From the NCBI GenBank assembly GCA_050331595.1, contig JBHJGQ010000012.1:24112-88111 (forward strand): a DNA stretch of 64,000 bases, written 5' to 3'. Both the position numbers and the translations under genes were made by a program. This document shows, one piece after another, positions 38,960-49,556 of the stretch. A model generated the notes under the pieces. The model did no database searches and was not told where the DNA came from. It was given only the letters and a program-made list of their open reading frames with translations. How positions within the stretch are numbered: position 1 is the first letter of the stretch; each line of letters starts with the position of its first letter. The DNA comes from Opitutales bacterium (lineage in GTDB: Bacteria; Verrucomicrobiota; Verrucomicrobiia; Opitutales; JBHJGM01).

Positions 38960-40495
38960 CTACTCCGCGGGGCCCCAGCGGCTGGAGAACGGGTAAAAGA
39001 TGAGGAGGGCTTGGCCGACGACGGAGGTTTGGGGCACGTAGTTGATAGGTTCGCCCTGGCGTTTGAGGCGGGTGTAGATTGATTCCTCCGGCACGTTGAG
39101 GCCCCACAGGCGGCTGTCGGAGCTTTCGGGTGAGTTGTCACCCATGGCGAAAAAATGCGCCTCGGGGATGGACTCGATACCTCCGTTGCTGAGCCAGCCG
39201 GCTTCCATGTAGCCGCGATAATCGCCTTCGAGCGCGAACTCTCGGGCAAAGACGTCGGAACCGGCAATGGGCTCGCCGTTGCGCAAGAGCACGGGCTCCT
39301 CAATCTGCAGGCTGTCGCCGCCACGCCCGACCAGGCGCTTGATGTAATATTGGTCAGCAGGCTGCTCGTCGCGCACGAGCCCCTGAATTTCGCGCGTCTC
39401 AAAAACGATCGGGTCGCCGATGTCGGGCTCAACAAAGTGGTAGCTGAAGCGGTCGACAAAGAGCATGTCACCGGTGAGTATGTCGAAGTCGAGGATGACC
39501 TCGCCTTCTTCCACGCGCACGAGCTCACCGTCGGGGGTGAAGACGCGCAGCCAGTAGATATCGATATTGCGAGGGCCCTCGGCGGTCTGCACGCGGATGC
39601 GCTCGACGTCGGCCAGCAGTCCGCGGTTTTGCGCCAGTTGCAGTTGCTCGTCGAAGCGCCCGGGGAGGATGCCGCGCTGCTGCGCCAGCCGGATTTGCCC
39701 CTCGAGGTCGTCGGGGAGTTCATCGGCCACGCTCTGGATGGAATCCTGCACGAGCTTGCGGACGAAGTATGGATAGACTTTCCACTGCCAGCGCGGCAGG
39801 TCCTCGACCCAACCTTCCAGCTGCGCCTCGACCAGCACGGTATCCAGCGGAAACTCGAAGGGCACACGCTGGGAGACGCGCGCGTCGCCCACGCGGAATT
39901 CGTAACGCCGAAACTGCGAGGGCCAGACGAAGTACTTGCGCCCGGCTTCGGGCATGAAGTGCAGGCGCAGCCCGCCGCCCTCGCGCACCACCGGAATGAG
40001 CAGTTCCCCGCTGGTCGGCGCCTTGATGGTGTAGTCGCCCGCGCCGCGAAAGATCACGTCGGCCACGTGCATGGGCAGTCCCGGCCGGGGATTGTCCTCA
40101 CTGTAGACCTCGGCCGTCATCCCCGCGTAGGTCGGCCACATTGAGTTGGTCGGAATTTTGAAGGGCTGGACAAAGAACGAGCGGATGCCGATGGCCAGGA
40201 TGGCCGCCACCAGCAGGATCTCGACGTTTTCGGAAAAGAAGGTGACGGGATAAATCTTGCCGCCGGAGCGCTCCAGGAGCTTTTCCAGGCGCAAGCGCGC
40301 CGAGCGCAGCTCGTCCGTGTTGATCGGCTTTTGCCCGGCCAAATCGAGCACATCCTTGGTCGCGTTTCGGATGTCGGTGACGCGGTCCGGCTCAAGCAGA
40401 TCGCGGCGGTAGTGAACGACTTTTTGGGCGAGCCCGGCCAGGTGGCGGGCGTCCTTGCGGGTCTTCTGGTCGGCGGATTTAAAGGGCCACGGCAT
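38960..40495 (-). CDS. lepB: signal peptidase I
   Basis: QPFKIPTNSMWPT, GDMLFVDRF, YYIKRLVG, FAMGDNSPESSDSR; directly downstream of lepA. Confidence 0.93.
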   Translation of the reverse strand: MPWPFKSADQKTRKDARHLAGLAQKVVHYRRDLLEPDRVTDIRNATKDVLDLAGQKPINTDELRSARLRLEKLLERSGGKIYPVTFFSENVEILLVAAILAIGIRSFFVQPFKIPTNSMWPTYAGMTAEVYSEDNPRPGLPMHVADVIFRGAGDYTIKAPTSGELLIPVVREGGGLRLHFMPEAGRKYFVWPSQFRRYEFRVGDARVSQRVPFEFPLDTVLVEAQLEGWVEDLPRWQWKVYPYFVRKLVQDSIQSVADELPDDLEGQIRLAQQRGILPGRFDEQLQLAQNRGLLADVERIRVQTAEGPRNIDIYWLRVFTPDGELVRVEEGEVILDFDILTGDMLFVDRFSYHFVEPDIGDPIVFETREIQGLVRDEQPADQYYIKRLVGRGGDSLQIEEPVLLRNGEPIAGSDVFAREFALEGDYRGYMEAGWLSNGGIESIPEAHFFAMGDNSPESSDSRLWGLNVPEESIYTRLKRQGEPINYVPQTSVVGQALLIFYPFSSRWGPAE

Positions 40496-40509
40496 GATGG
40501 AAAGCACTT

Positions 40510-40580
40510 ACCACGGAGACTCGGAGTTCAGCAGAACGGCTCAGGGAGTTTCCGGTCAAGGTCCTGAGTGTCTTCGTGGT
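40510..40580. repeat. imperfect inverted repeat/hairpin between lepA and lepB
   Basis: ACCACGGAGACTC (40510) pairs with GTGTCTTCGTGGT (40568); inner CTCAGG/CCTGAG pair. Confidence 0.5.
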
Positions 40581-40591
40581 TCAGCGAACAG

Positions 40592-42394
40592 CTAGGCGCT
40601 GGTTTTGAGAATTTTGATGAAGGCATCCTGAGGGATTTCGACGGAGCCGATTTGCTTCATGCGCTTCTTGCCCTCCTTCTGTTTTTCGAGGAGTTTGCGC
40701 TTGCGGGTGATGTCGCCGCCGTAGCACTTGGCCGTGACGTCCTTGCGCAGGGCCGAGAGGGTTTCGCGCGCGACGACCTTGCTGCCGACGGAGGCTTGAA
40801 TGGCGACCTTGAACAGCTGGCGCGGCAGAATGTCCTTCAGCTTCTCGCACAGCGCCCTGCCCTTCGACTCAGCCTTTTGGGTGTGCACAATGCTGGCGAA
40901 GGCGTCGACGGTCTCAGCGTTGACCAGGATCTCCAGCTTGACGAGCTTGGCGGGCACGTAGTCGGCCATCTCGTAATCCATTGAGCCGTAGCCGTGTGTG
41001 ATAGACTTCAGCCGGTCGTTGAAATCGACCAGAATCTCGTTGAGCGGCAGCGTGCACACGAGCATGAGCCGCGATTCGTCGAGGGTTTCGGTATGGTCGC
41101 AGGTGCCGCGTTTCTCGGTGATGAGCGCCAGCATATCGCCGATGCTGCTGTTGGGAATGTGGATGGTGGCCCGGATTGTGGGCTCGCGGATGGCTTCGAT
41201 TTCGGAGGGGTCCGGCAGGTGGACGGGGTTGTCGACCTCGATCTCGCGCCCGTCGGTGGTGGTGACCTGGTAGACGACGCTCGGGTAGGTCGAGATGATG
41301 TCCAGCTCGTACTCACGGCGCAGGTTCTACTTCACTATCTCCATGTTCAGGAGCCCGAGGAAGCCGCAGCGGTAACCAAAGCCCAGCGCGGCCGAACTCT
41401 CGGCCTGATAGACCAGCGCGGCGTCGTTGAGCTGCAGGCGCGCAAGGCTGGCCTTGAGCTTCTCGTAGTCGGAGGTGTCCAGCGGGTAGATACCGGAAAA
41501 GACCATCGGGCGCACCTCGCGGTAACCCGGGAGCATCTCGGTCGCGGGCTCGGCATTGAGCGTGATGGTGTCGCCGATCTTCACCTCGGCCACCTCCTTG
41601 ATGCTGGTCACGACGTAGCCGACCTGACCCGGCTGCAGCGAATCCTCTTTGACCATGGCCGGCGAGAAGCGCCCCACCTCCTTCAGCTGGGCCTTGCGCC
41701 CGGTGCCCATCATCAGCACGTCGGTGTTGGCCTTGAGCGACCCCGAAAACACGCGCACGAAGCAAATCACGCCCTTGTAGCTGTCGAAAACGCAGTCGAA
41801 GATCAGGGCGCGCGTTTGCGCGTAGTCGGCCCCGCGCGGGGCTTTCAGACGATGGACGATCGCCTCGAGGATCTCCGCCACGCCGATGCCGGCTTTTCCG
41901 CTGGCGTGGATGGCTTCCTCAGCCGGGATGGCGAGGATGTCCTCGATCTGGCGCTCGCAGACTTCGGGGTGCGCGCTGGGCAGGTCGATTTTGTTGATGA
42001 CGGGAATGATCTCGAGGTTCTGCTCCACGGCCAGGTGCGCGTTGGCCACGGTCTGGGCCTCCACCCCCTGGGCCGCATCGATCAGCAGCAGCGCGCCCTC
42101 GCAGGCGGCCAGGCTGCGCGAGACCTCGTAGGAAAAGTCGACGTGGCCGGGCGTGTCGATGAGGTTGAGCAGGTACTCCTCACCGTCCTCGGCCTGGTAA
42201 AGCATCGACACCGGATGGCTTTTGATGGTGATGCCGCGCTCGCGCTCGAGGTCCATGGAGTCCAGCAGCTGGTCCTGCATGCGGCGCTGCTCGACGGTGC
42301 GCGTGGACTCCAGCAGGCGATCAGATAGGGTCGTCTTGCCGTGGTCGACGTGGGCGATGATGCAGAAGTTGCGGATTTTCTCGAGGCTGCGCAT
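40592..42394 (-). pseudogene. lepA: elongation factor 4 (LepA) interrupted by one in-frame TAG at 41327-41329 (probably a sequence error)
   Basis: [28 protein letters not shown]-terminal KCYGGDITRKRKLLEKQKEGKKRMK; both halves are in the same frame, reading GFLGLLNMEIVK*NLRREY. Confidence 0.93.
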
Positions 42395-42584
42395 GGGCGG
42401 CGTGGGCAATCAAAAAGGCGGGGCGGCCCGTGCCGGACCACTCCGCGACTTATCGATCACGATACACTTCGACCGGTCCCTGTCCACCAGTAAGGCACAG
42501 GGGGCGCTGCGGCAGTCCAGGGTCTGACGCGAAGCTGTTGGCCGCCCTTGCCATTGGACACCCCAAGCCGTTAGATTCTTCGAA

Positions 42585-42779
42585 ATGGCTTCGGATCCCC
42601 AATACGTCACTGAACCGGAGGTAAAGCGTACGGCCGTGCTCCTGCCTTTGGACACTTATGAGGCGATGCTAGAAGACCTGCGTGACCTCGCAGTCGTGGC
42701 CGAACGACGATACGAGGAACGGGTCAGCCTTGATGAAGTGAAGCGAAAGCTGAAGGCGGATGGCTTTCTACCAGATTGA
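42585..42779 (+). CDS. small antitoxin (RelB/Phd-like type II TA partner)
   Basis: TAVLLPLDTYEAMLEDLRDLAVVAERRYEERVSLDEVKRKL pattern; overlaps the toxin start. Confidence 0.7.
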   Translation: MASDPQYVTEPEVKRTAVLLPLDTYEAMLEDLRDLAVVAERRYEERVSLDEVKRKLKADGFLPD

Positions 42780-42975
42780 TTTCGCCCGCTCGGCTGTGCG
42801 CGATCTCAGACGAGTGAATCGCGAGATCGCTGCCAGACCGAATCTCCGGCATCACCGGGCAGATCAGGTTCCCGAACTTGGGCACCAGCTAACGTACGCG
42901 GGGCGCACAGCTGCCAAAATACCCTGCCAGTACTCAAGGGTATTGCGTCCAATCGCGCTGCTGCAGCGCCTCTAG
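42760..42975 (+). pseudogene. truncated RelE/ParE-family toxin
   Basis: MAFYQIDFARSAVRDLRRV is a RelE-type N-terminus; I saw no YRxRxGDYR-type catalytic region downstream. Confidence 0.6.
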
Positions 42976-43880
42976 CACAGCCGTTCAAAATCCTCCGCTT
43001 CGGCGAGGGCGAGGACCTTGGCGTCGCGGTCGATGCGTTTGGCCAGGCCGGTGAGGACAGCGCCGGGGCCGCATTCGTAAAAGGCAGTCGCGCCAGTGGC
43101 GATGGCCGCGTTGAAGCAGTCCTCCCAGAGGACCGGCGAAACCACCTGCTTGACCAAGGCAGCTTTGATTTCATCGGGCTCGGTCACGGGGGCGCCGGTG
43201 GTGTTGGAAAACACCGTCAACTTGGGAACGTCAACCCTTTGGCCGCTCAGAAAAGTCTCGAAGCCAGCGCGGGCGGGCTCCATCAGGCGGCTGTGGTAGG
43301 CCCCGGCCACGTTGAGTTCCTTGGCCAGTTTGAAGCCGAAGTCCTTCGCCTTGCCCACGGCTTCGGCGATGCCCGTTATGCTGCCCGACACAACGATTTG
43401 CCCCGGGCAGTTGAGGTTGGCCACGTCGATGTCGCAGGCGTCGGCCAGTTCCTGGGCCTTCTCGCGGGTGCCGCCGATGAGGCTGGCCATGCTGCCTTCG
43501 CTTGCCTCGCAGGCGGCCTGCATGAGCGCGCCCCGTTTGGCCACCACCGTCAGCCCCGTTTCAAAGTCGAAGGCGCCGGCAGCGGTCAGCGCGGTCAACT
43601 CGCCCAGCGAGAGCCCCAGCGCCACAGTGACGTCGTCCAATAGCCCGCGCTCCTGCAAAATGGCCCGCACGGCCAGCCCGTGCACGAAGAGCGCTGGCTG
43701 GCAGACGCTGGTGTCGGTCAAGCGCTCGGGTGGCCCCTCAAAGCATGCCTGCTTCAGGTCGAAGCCCAAGATGTCGTTGGCCTGGTCGAAGACGGCGCGG
43801 GCCGCCGCTTCGGTGTCGTACAGGGACCTGGCCATACCCACGGCCTGCGCGCCCTGCCCGGAAAACAATAAACCACTCAC
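42972..43880 (-). CDS. fabD: malonyl-CoA:ACP transacylase
   Basis: LFSGQGAQ.VGM, QPALF, GLSLGE, ANLNCPGQIV, VAGAYHS, QVVSPVLW, ECGPG. Confidence 0.95.
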   Translation of the reverse strand: MSGLLFSGQGAQAVGMARSLYDTEAAARAVFDQANDILGFDLKQACFEGPPERLTDTSVCQPALFVHGLAVRAILQERGLLDDVTVALGLSLGELTALTAAGAFDFETGLTVVAKRGALMQAACEASEGSMASLIGGTREKAQELADACDIDVANLNCPGQIVVSGSITGIAEAVGKAKDFGFKLAKELNVAGAYHSRLMEPARAGFETFLSGQRVDVPKLTVFSNTTGAPVTEPDEIKAALVKQVVSPVLWEDCFNAAIATGATAFYECGPGAVLTGLAKRIDRDAKVLALAEAEDFERLC

Positions 43881-43978
43881 GCAGGTGACCCTGCGGGGAC
43901 AGATTTTGAGGAGCAAGCCTTTGGTACGCCCGCTTTGTGGCCTGACTGCCACGGGACCTAGCCGCTAGGGCCGATGGT

Positions 43979-44241
43979 TTGTGGCATGACTGCCACGGGA
44001 CGCATCTGCTCCGCAGATGATTTGGGCAGGCCTGGTGGATGCGGTTGAAGCGAGGTTGCGGGCTCCTCGCCGGATTTGGAGGCGCACGGCGTTTGCCTGG
44101 ATTGCGACGTCGCTTTGCTCCTCGCAAGGACGCTATGAGCGAACTCATGAGTCTACAATGTGCCTCGTGAGTAGATCAGATGCGAGGCGACGAGAACACG
44201 ATTTGCGGAACGCACATCCGTCCCGTGCCGGTCACGACACC
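43979..44241. repeat. composite REP-like repeat, copy 1 (complete, about 263 nt)
   Basis: Starts TTGTGGCATGACTGCCACGGGAC, contains GGATTGCGACGTCGCTTTGCTCCTCGCAAGGAC, ends in the degenerate inverse GTCCCGTGCCGGTCACGACAC. Confidence 0.9.
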
Positions 44242-44279
44242 CATTTTCCACGGAGGACCCGTTCCTTTTAGGAAAGGGG

Positions 44280-44440
44280 TTGTGGCATGACTGCCACGGG
44301 ACGCATCTGCTCCGCAGATGATTTGGGCAGGCTTGGTGGATGCGGTTGAAGCGAGGTTGCGGGCTCCTCACCGGATTTGGGGGCGCAGGGCGTTTGCCTG
44401 GATTGCGACGTCGCTTTGCTCCTCGCAAGGACGCTATGAG
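44280..44440. repeat. composite REP-like repeat, copy 2 (left 161 nt)
   Basis: Near-identical to 43979-44139 at offset 301. Confidence 0.92.
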
Positions 44441-44528
44441 TTGGCGGGTGAAGAAACTCAGCTGCGACCGCGCAGCTGGTCAAGGCCGGTCCTAACTGCG
44501 GACTATGCCGTTAGACTGAGGCCGTAGC

Positions 44529-44906
44529 CTATTTCAGCAGGCGCAATGCGATGGGATAGCGGTAAGGCTGGCCGTTGCTGACGGTCAGCGTTGCAATGAT
44601 GATGAAGACCAGGTTGGCCACCAACAGCGCGGGGAGCAGCAGAAAGCCGATGAACACGAAGGTCAGCATGAAGCAAACAACCGTGGCGATGGTGACCGTA
44701 ATCTGGAAGTTCAGCGATTCGCGCGACTGCTCTTCGATGAAGGGGTGCTCATCTTTTTTAACGACGTACAGGATGAGCGGCCCGATGAAGCCGACCAAGC
44801 CCAACAGATGGGCGATCATACCCATGTTTTGCACGTCCTTGGGAACCGCTCCGCTCGTGGAAGCAGCTTGAGATGGGGCCTCGCCCGTGTTGGTTTCCTC
44901 TGTCAT
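44529..44906 (-). CDS. DUF4870 family membrane protein
   Basis: AHLLG...GPLILY..KK.E.PF..EQSRESLNFQIT...G..YRYP. Confidence 0.88.
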   Translation of the reverse strand: MTEETNTGEAPSQAASTSGAVPKDVQNMGMIAHLLGLVGFIGPLILYVVKKDEHPFIEEQSRESLNFQITVTIATVVCFMLTFVFIGFLLLPALLVANLVFIIIATLTVSNGQPYRYPIALRLLK

Positions 44907-45059
44907 CGCAGCGCCAGTGTACGCCGCAACCCGCCCTGCTTGAAAGCCTAAACCGAAGCGGTGGCCGACTGAGGACGCAGCTGCTTGAGCGGCAGGTTTG
45001 GCGCAAACCTGCTCGATGGAGTTGCACTGAAGTCAGGGGCTCGAATCCGAACTCTAAGG

Positions 45060-45217
45060 GCAGGGCGTTTGCCTGGATTGCGACGTCGCTTTGCTCCTCG
45101 CAAGGACGCTATGAGCGAACTCATGAGTCTAAAATGTGCCTCGTGAGTAGATTCGATACGAGGCGACGAGAACACGATTTGCGGAACGCACATCCGTCCC
45201 GTGCCGGTCACGACACC
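45060..45217. repeat. composite REP-like repeat, copy 3 (right 158 nt)
   Basis: Near-identical to 44084-44241 at offset 976. Confidence 0.92.
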
Positions 45218-45242
45218 AATCCGTTCTGTCGAAGGGACTCGA

Positions 45243-46370
45243 CTAATTGACGATGCCGCCGCTGGAGAGGAAGATACCGTTGAGGTTCATCTCGAGGGCC
45301 TTGGGATTGGGCGAGTGCTTCAGGCCCATCTCGGCGGTGATGACCTCGGACTGTATGAGGCGCAGCAGGTCGGCGTTGAAGGTACGTGAACCGTTCTCGG
45401 CACCGGCTTCGAGCGCGGCGGGGATTTTTTCGAAGGTGCCTTGGGAGATGAGACTGGCGGCCAGCGAATCGACCACGAAGACTTCACAGCACGGCACGCG
45501 GTAGTCCCCGTCGGCAGCCGGCACGAGCTTTTGGGTGATGGTCGCGCGCAGGGTCGTGGCGATCTGGCGGCACATGTTGTGTTGCATGTCGCCGGGGAAA
45601 AACTCGAAGAGGCGCTGGACGGCCTGCTGGGCGTTGGAGGCGTGCAGGGTGCCGAAGACGAGGTGGCCGGTTTCGGCCGCGTGCAGGGCGGTCTCGAAGG
45701 TCTCGGCGTCGCGCATTTCCCCGATGAGGATGACGTCGGGGTCCTGGCGCAGGACCGCGCGCAAGCCCTCGTGGAAGGACGGTGCGTCCAGGCCGATTTC
45801 GCGCTGGTTGATGATGGACCGATCGTCGGTATAGTTGAACTCGATCGGGTCTTCCAGCGTGACGATGTGCTTGTCAAAGGTCGTGTTGATGTGCTGCAGC
45901 ATCGCCGCCATCGTCGAGCTTTTACCCGAGCCGGTCGGTCCGCACAGCAGAATGATACCGTTGGGCAGCGCTGACAGTTCCTGCAGGGTCTCGGGCTTGT
46001 GGTGCAGGTCCTCGAAGGTGGGCGGGCGATCCTTCACGTGGCGGAACACCATGGTGGGCGCACCGCGCTGCAGGAAGGCATTCACGCGAAACCGCGAACC
46101 GTCGCCGCCTTCGGTGCAGTAACTGTAGTCGATCTGGCGCTTTTCTTTCCAGCGGTCGTAGAACTCCGCGGGCACGGTGTGCTCGATGAACTGCTGGATC
46201 TGCTCGGGCGGAATGGGCTCCATCTCCACCGGTTCGAGACTGCCGCGCAAGCGCAGGTGAGCCGGCTTGGCCGACTTCAGGTGGATGTCACTGGCGTCGT
46301 TTTCGACGGCCAGGCGCAGCAGACTTTCAAAAAGGTCGAGGGTTTCCCCGATGGGCGGACATGGCGGCAT
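45243..46370 (-). CDS. pilT: PilT/PilU family type IV pilus retraction ATPase
   Basis: ASDIHL, RFRVNAF, GPTGSGKSST, TLEDPIEF, LRQDPDVILIGEMRD, AETGHLVFGTLH. Confidence 0.92.
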   Translation of the reverse strand: MPPCPPIGETLDLFESLLRLAVENDASDIHLKSAKPAHLRLRGSLEPVEMEPIPPEQIQQFIEHTVPAEFYDRWKEKRQIDYSYCTEGGDGSRFRVNAFLQRGAPTMVFRHVKDRPPTFEDLHHKPETLQELSALPNGIILLCGPTGSGKSSTMAAMLQHINTTFDKHIVTLEDPIEFNYTDDRSIINQREIGLDAPSFHEGLRAVLRQDPDVILIGEMRDAETFETALHAAETGHLVFGTLHASNAQQAVQRLFEFFPGDMQHNMCRQIATTLRATITQKLVPAADGDYRVPCCEVFVVDSLAASLISQGTFEKIPAALEAGAENGSRTFNADLLRLIQSEVITAEMGLKHSPNPKALEMNLNGIFLSSGGIVN

Positions 46371-46479
46371 GGCGCAAACGTGGGACGCGGCGGCATCCCG
46401 TACCGCAGATGTAAGTCGTCCGGAATCGGCGCGTCCTGAGGAACTTGACGTGACCCGGGGCTCTGGGCACGATCCATCG

Positions 46480-47397
<918 letters not shown>

Positions 47398-47401
47398 CCC
47401 G

Positions 47402-48139
47402 ATGGCCATCCGCGTACTTCTCAACGGTGCCAAAGGGCGCATGGGCCGGGCGATCCTCCAGGCCGCCGAAGGCAACGCCGCCCTCGAAATCATTGCTGCG
47501 CTGGACCAGGGCGATGCGCTGGCGAAACACCTGGAGGGGTGTGACGTCGCGGTCGATTTTTCGCACCACACGGCCACAGCCCCACTGGGCGAAGCCGCGG
47601 CCAGGCTCGGTAAGGCGGTCGTGATCGGGACGACCGGTCACGATGCCGAGGAGCGCGAGCGCATCGACGTATGCACACAATCCATCCCGATCGTTTGGGC
47701 GGGCAACTACTCCATCGGCGTCAACCTGCTGCTCTTTCTGGTGGAGAAGGCCGCCGGGACGCTCTCCGAGGCTTACGAACCGGAGGTGTTTGAGATGCAT
47801 CATCGGCACAAGGTGGATGCGCCGTCCGGCACAGCGGAGAACCTGATTCAGACCATCCTGCAGGCGCGCGGATGGAGCGAGGATACGGTGCAGCACGGGC
47901 GTTCGGGTATCACCGGCGAGCGACCGGCACGGCAGCTGGGCGTGCATGCCCTGCGCGGCGGTGAAATCGTCGGTGAACACACCGTTTTCTTCACGGGCGA
48001 GGGCGAGCGACTGGAACTGACGCACCGCGCGTATGACCGGCAGATTTTTGCCCAAGGTGCGCTGGCGGCGGCACTTTGGGTCACGGGCAAACCCGCCGGC
48101 TTGTACGCGATGCGCGACGTGCTCGGGCTCAACGGATGA
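47402..48139 (+). CDS. dapB: 4-hydroxy-tetrahydrodipicolinate reductase
   Basis: GAKGRMG, VIGTTG, NYSIGVN, EMHHRHKVDAPSGTA, RGGEIVGEH. Confidence 0.96.
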   Translation: MAIRVLLNGAKGRMGRAILQAAEGNAALEIIAALDQGDALAKHLEGCDVAVDFSHHTATAPLGEAAARLGKAVVIGTTGHDAEERERIDVCTQSIPIVWAGNYSIGVNLLLFLVEKAAGTLSEAYEPEVFEMHHRHKVDAPSGTAENLIQTILQARGWSEDTVQHGRSGITGERPARQLGVHALRGGEIVGEHTVFFTGEGERLELTHRAYDRQIFAQGALAAALWVTGKPAGLYAMRDVLGLNG

Positions 48140-48738
48140 TTGCGACGCTGGAAGGAACGCTGGCTGAGACCGGGCCGTTGCAACTTGTGCTGGAGGTTGG
48201 CGGCATCGGCTACGCTGTCAGCATCCCCCTGACCACGGCGGAACGTCTGCCCACGCTGGGCCAGCGGCTGAAGCTGTTCATCCACGCGGTCTACCGCGAA
48301 GACAACCAGACACTTTATGGCTTCGACCGGCGGCACGACCGCGATTTCTTCATTTTGCTGGTGGACAAGGTGTCGGGCATCGGCCCGCGCATCGCATTGA
48401 GCATTCTCAGCCGCCTTTCGGTCGAAACGCTGGAAGGCGCGATCACCGCGGGTGACGTCGGTTTGTTGTCCCAATGCAAGGGCGTCGGCAAAAAGACGGC
48501 CGAACGGCTCGTGGTCGAGTTGCGGGACAAATTGCAAGCCGGCGGGATGGCGGCACCGGTCGACGTGGGTGCCACGGCGAGTCCACTGCCAGCCGGGTCG
48601 AAGGTGGCCGATGCAGTCGCCGCGCTGGTGGCGCTGGGCTATAAACTGCCTGAAGCTGACAAGGCCATCCGCAAGGCAGTCGCCGAACTCGGCGACGACG
48701 CCAACACCGAAGCGCTGATTAAAAAAGCGCTGGGTTAG
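48136..48738 (+). CDS. ruvA: Holliday junction branch migration protein RuvA
   Basis: MIATLEG, VGGIGY, LYGF, VSGIGPRIALSIL, GVGKKTAERLVVELRDK, ALVALGY. Confidence 0.96.
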   Translation: MIATLEGTLAETGPLQLVLEVGGIGYAVSIPLTTAERLPTLGQRLKLFIHAVYREDNQTLYGFDRRHDRDFFILLVDKVSGIGPRIALSILSRLSVETLEGAITAGDVGLLSQCKGVGKKTAERLVVELRDKLQAGGMAAPVDVGATASPLPAGSKVADAVAALVALGYKLPEADKAIRKAVAELGDDANTEALIKKALG

Positions 48739-49556
48739 CGGCTCTCGCTCGCCAGACCGGACAGGTCGATGGTGAAGCCTGACCGCACCGACATGGGCGC
48801 GGGTACGGCGCGCAGCGGTGCAACGTCCACCGGCGCGAGTTCGCGTAGGATTGCGTCAAAAGGTTCGCCGTCGTCAGCGGTCAGTGGGCCGGTAAAGACA
48901 ACCTGGCCCACGGCAAGACCCGCGCCGTTGGGCTCGAAGGTCAGCCATTCCCCGCCTGCAAGCAGCCGAAACTCAGACTGAGCCGCCGCGTTGATTTCGT
49001 TGAGGCGCGCCGCCGGGACTGTCGGTTGCTGCCCAAAAATCGCATCAGGGGCTGTCTCGAACGAGATGAGAACGCTGCGCGAGTTTGCCTGATTGGAGGC
49101 ACCGGCGACTGCGGTGGCGACCTCAGACTCGGGCGCGGTACCCAGAAACTGACTGGCATCTTTGGGCAGGCGATCCCAGGAACCGGTCAGCACGAGCGCG
49201 CAGAGCAGACTGAAACATGCAGCAATCGCGGTGAGCTGATTGGCGCGCATCCAGTTGTGGCGGCGGCGTTGCCGACGCTTGGCCGTCTGGACCACGGCCA
49301 TGATGGCCTTGGAGCGTTGAAGCTGGTCTATCTGGACGCCAGGCTTGGCAGCCGGCACGGCAGTAGCGCTCTTCTGCGAGACCGACCGTGAAAACAGGGC
49401 CAGCTGGACCGCCGAATGCAGGCGGCAATGATCGTCGAACTCCTTGCGGCGCTGAGGATTGCGTTCAACCTCCTCCATGAGGCGGCAGCAATCGTCGGAC
49501 TCAATCTCGCCGTCGAGGTACAGATTTACCAGATTCTCAAACGCCTCTTGCGTCAT
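48735..49556 (-). CDS. putative anti-sigma factor (single TM)
   Basis: N-terminal LVNLYLDGEI anti-sigma-like helix, one TM segment, translationally coupled to the ECF sigma gene. Confidence 0.7.
   Translation of the reverse strand: MTQEAFENLVNLYLDGEIESDDCCRLMEEVERNPQRRKEFDDHCRLHSAVQLALFSRSVSQKSATAVPAAKPGVQIDQLQRSKAIMAVVQTAKRRQRRRHNWMRANQLTAIAACFSLLCALVLTGSWDRLPKDASQFLGTAPESEVATAVAGASNQANSRSVLISFETAPDAIFGQQPTVPAARLNEINAAAQSEFRLLAGGEWLTFEPNGAGLAVGQVVFTGPLTADDGEPFDAILRELAPVDVAPLRAVPAPMSVRSGFTIDLSGLASESR

Noticed and set aside
38960..40495. Intein or mobile insertion in the unusually long LepB
   Set aside because: No intein terminal motifs (C/S start, HN-C/S/T end) seen; long inserts between the catalytic Ser and Lys boxes are, as I recall, usual in PVC-group LepB
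41327..41329. Genome-wide TAG reassignment or pyrrolysine readthrough
   Set aside because: TAG terminates several intact genes here (desaturase, dksA, amidase, ruvA, USP), no pyl genes are seen, and the neighbouring codons are also corrupted
43935..45217. CRISPR array interpretation of the repeats
   Set aside because: Units are about 160-260 nt with conserved interiors, there are no unique spacers at a regular period, and no cas genes are present
43738..45250. Short ORFs inside the repeats (44017-44271, 44318-44527, 44873-45250 and others)
   Set aside because: They are translations of the repeat (recurring AFAWIATSLCSSQGRYE) with no independent coding evidence
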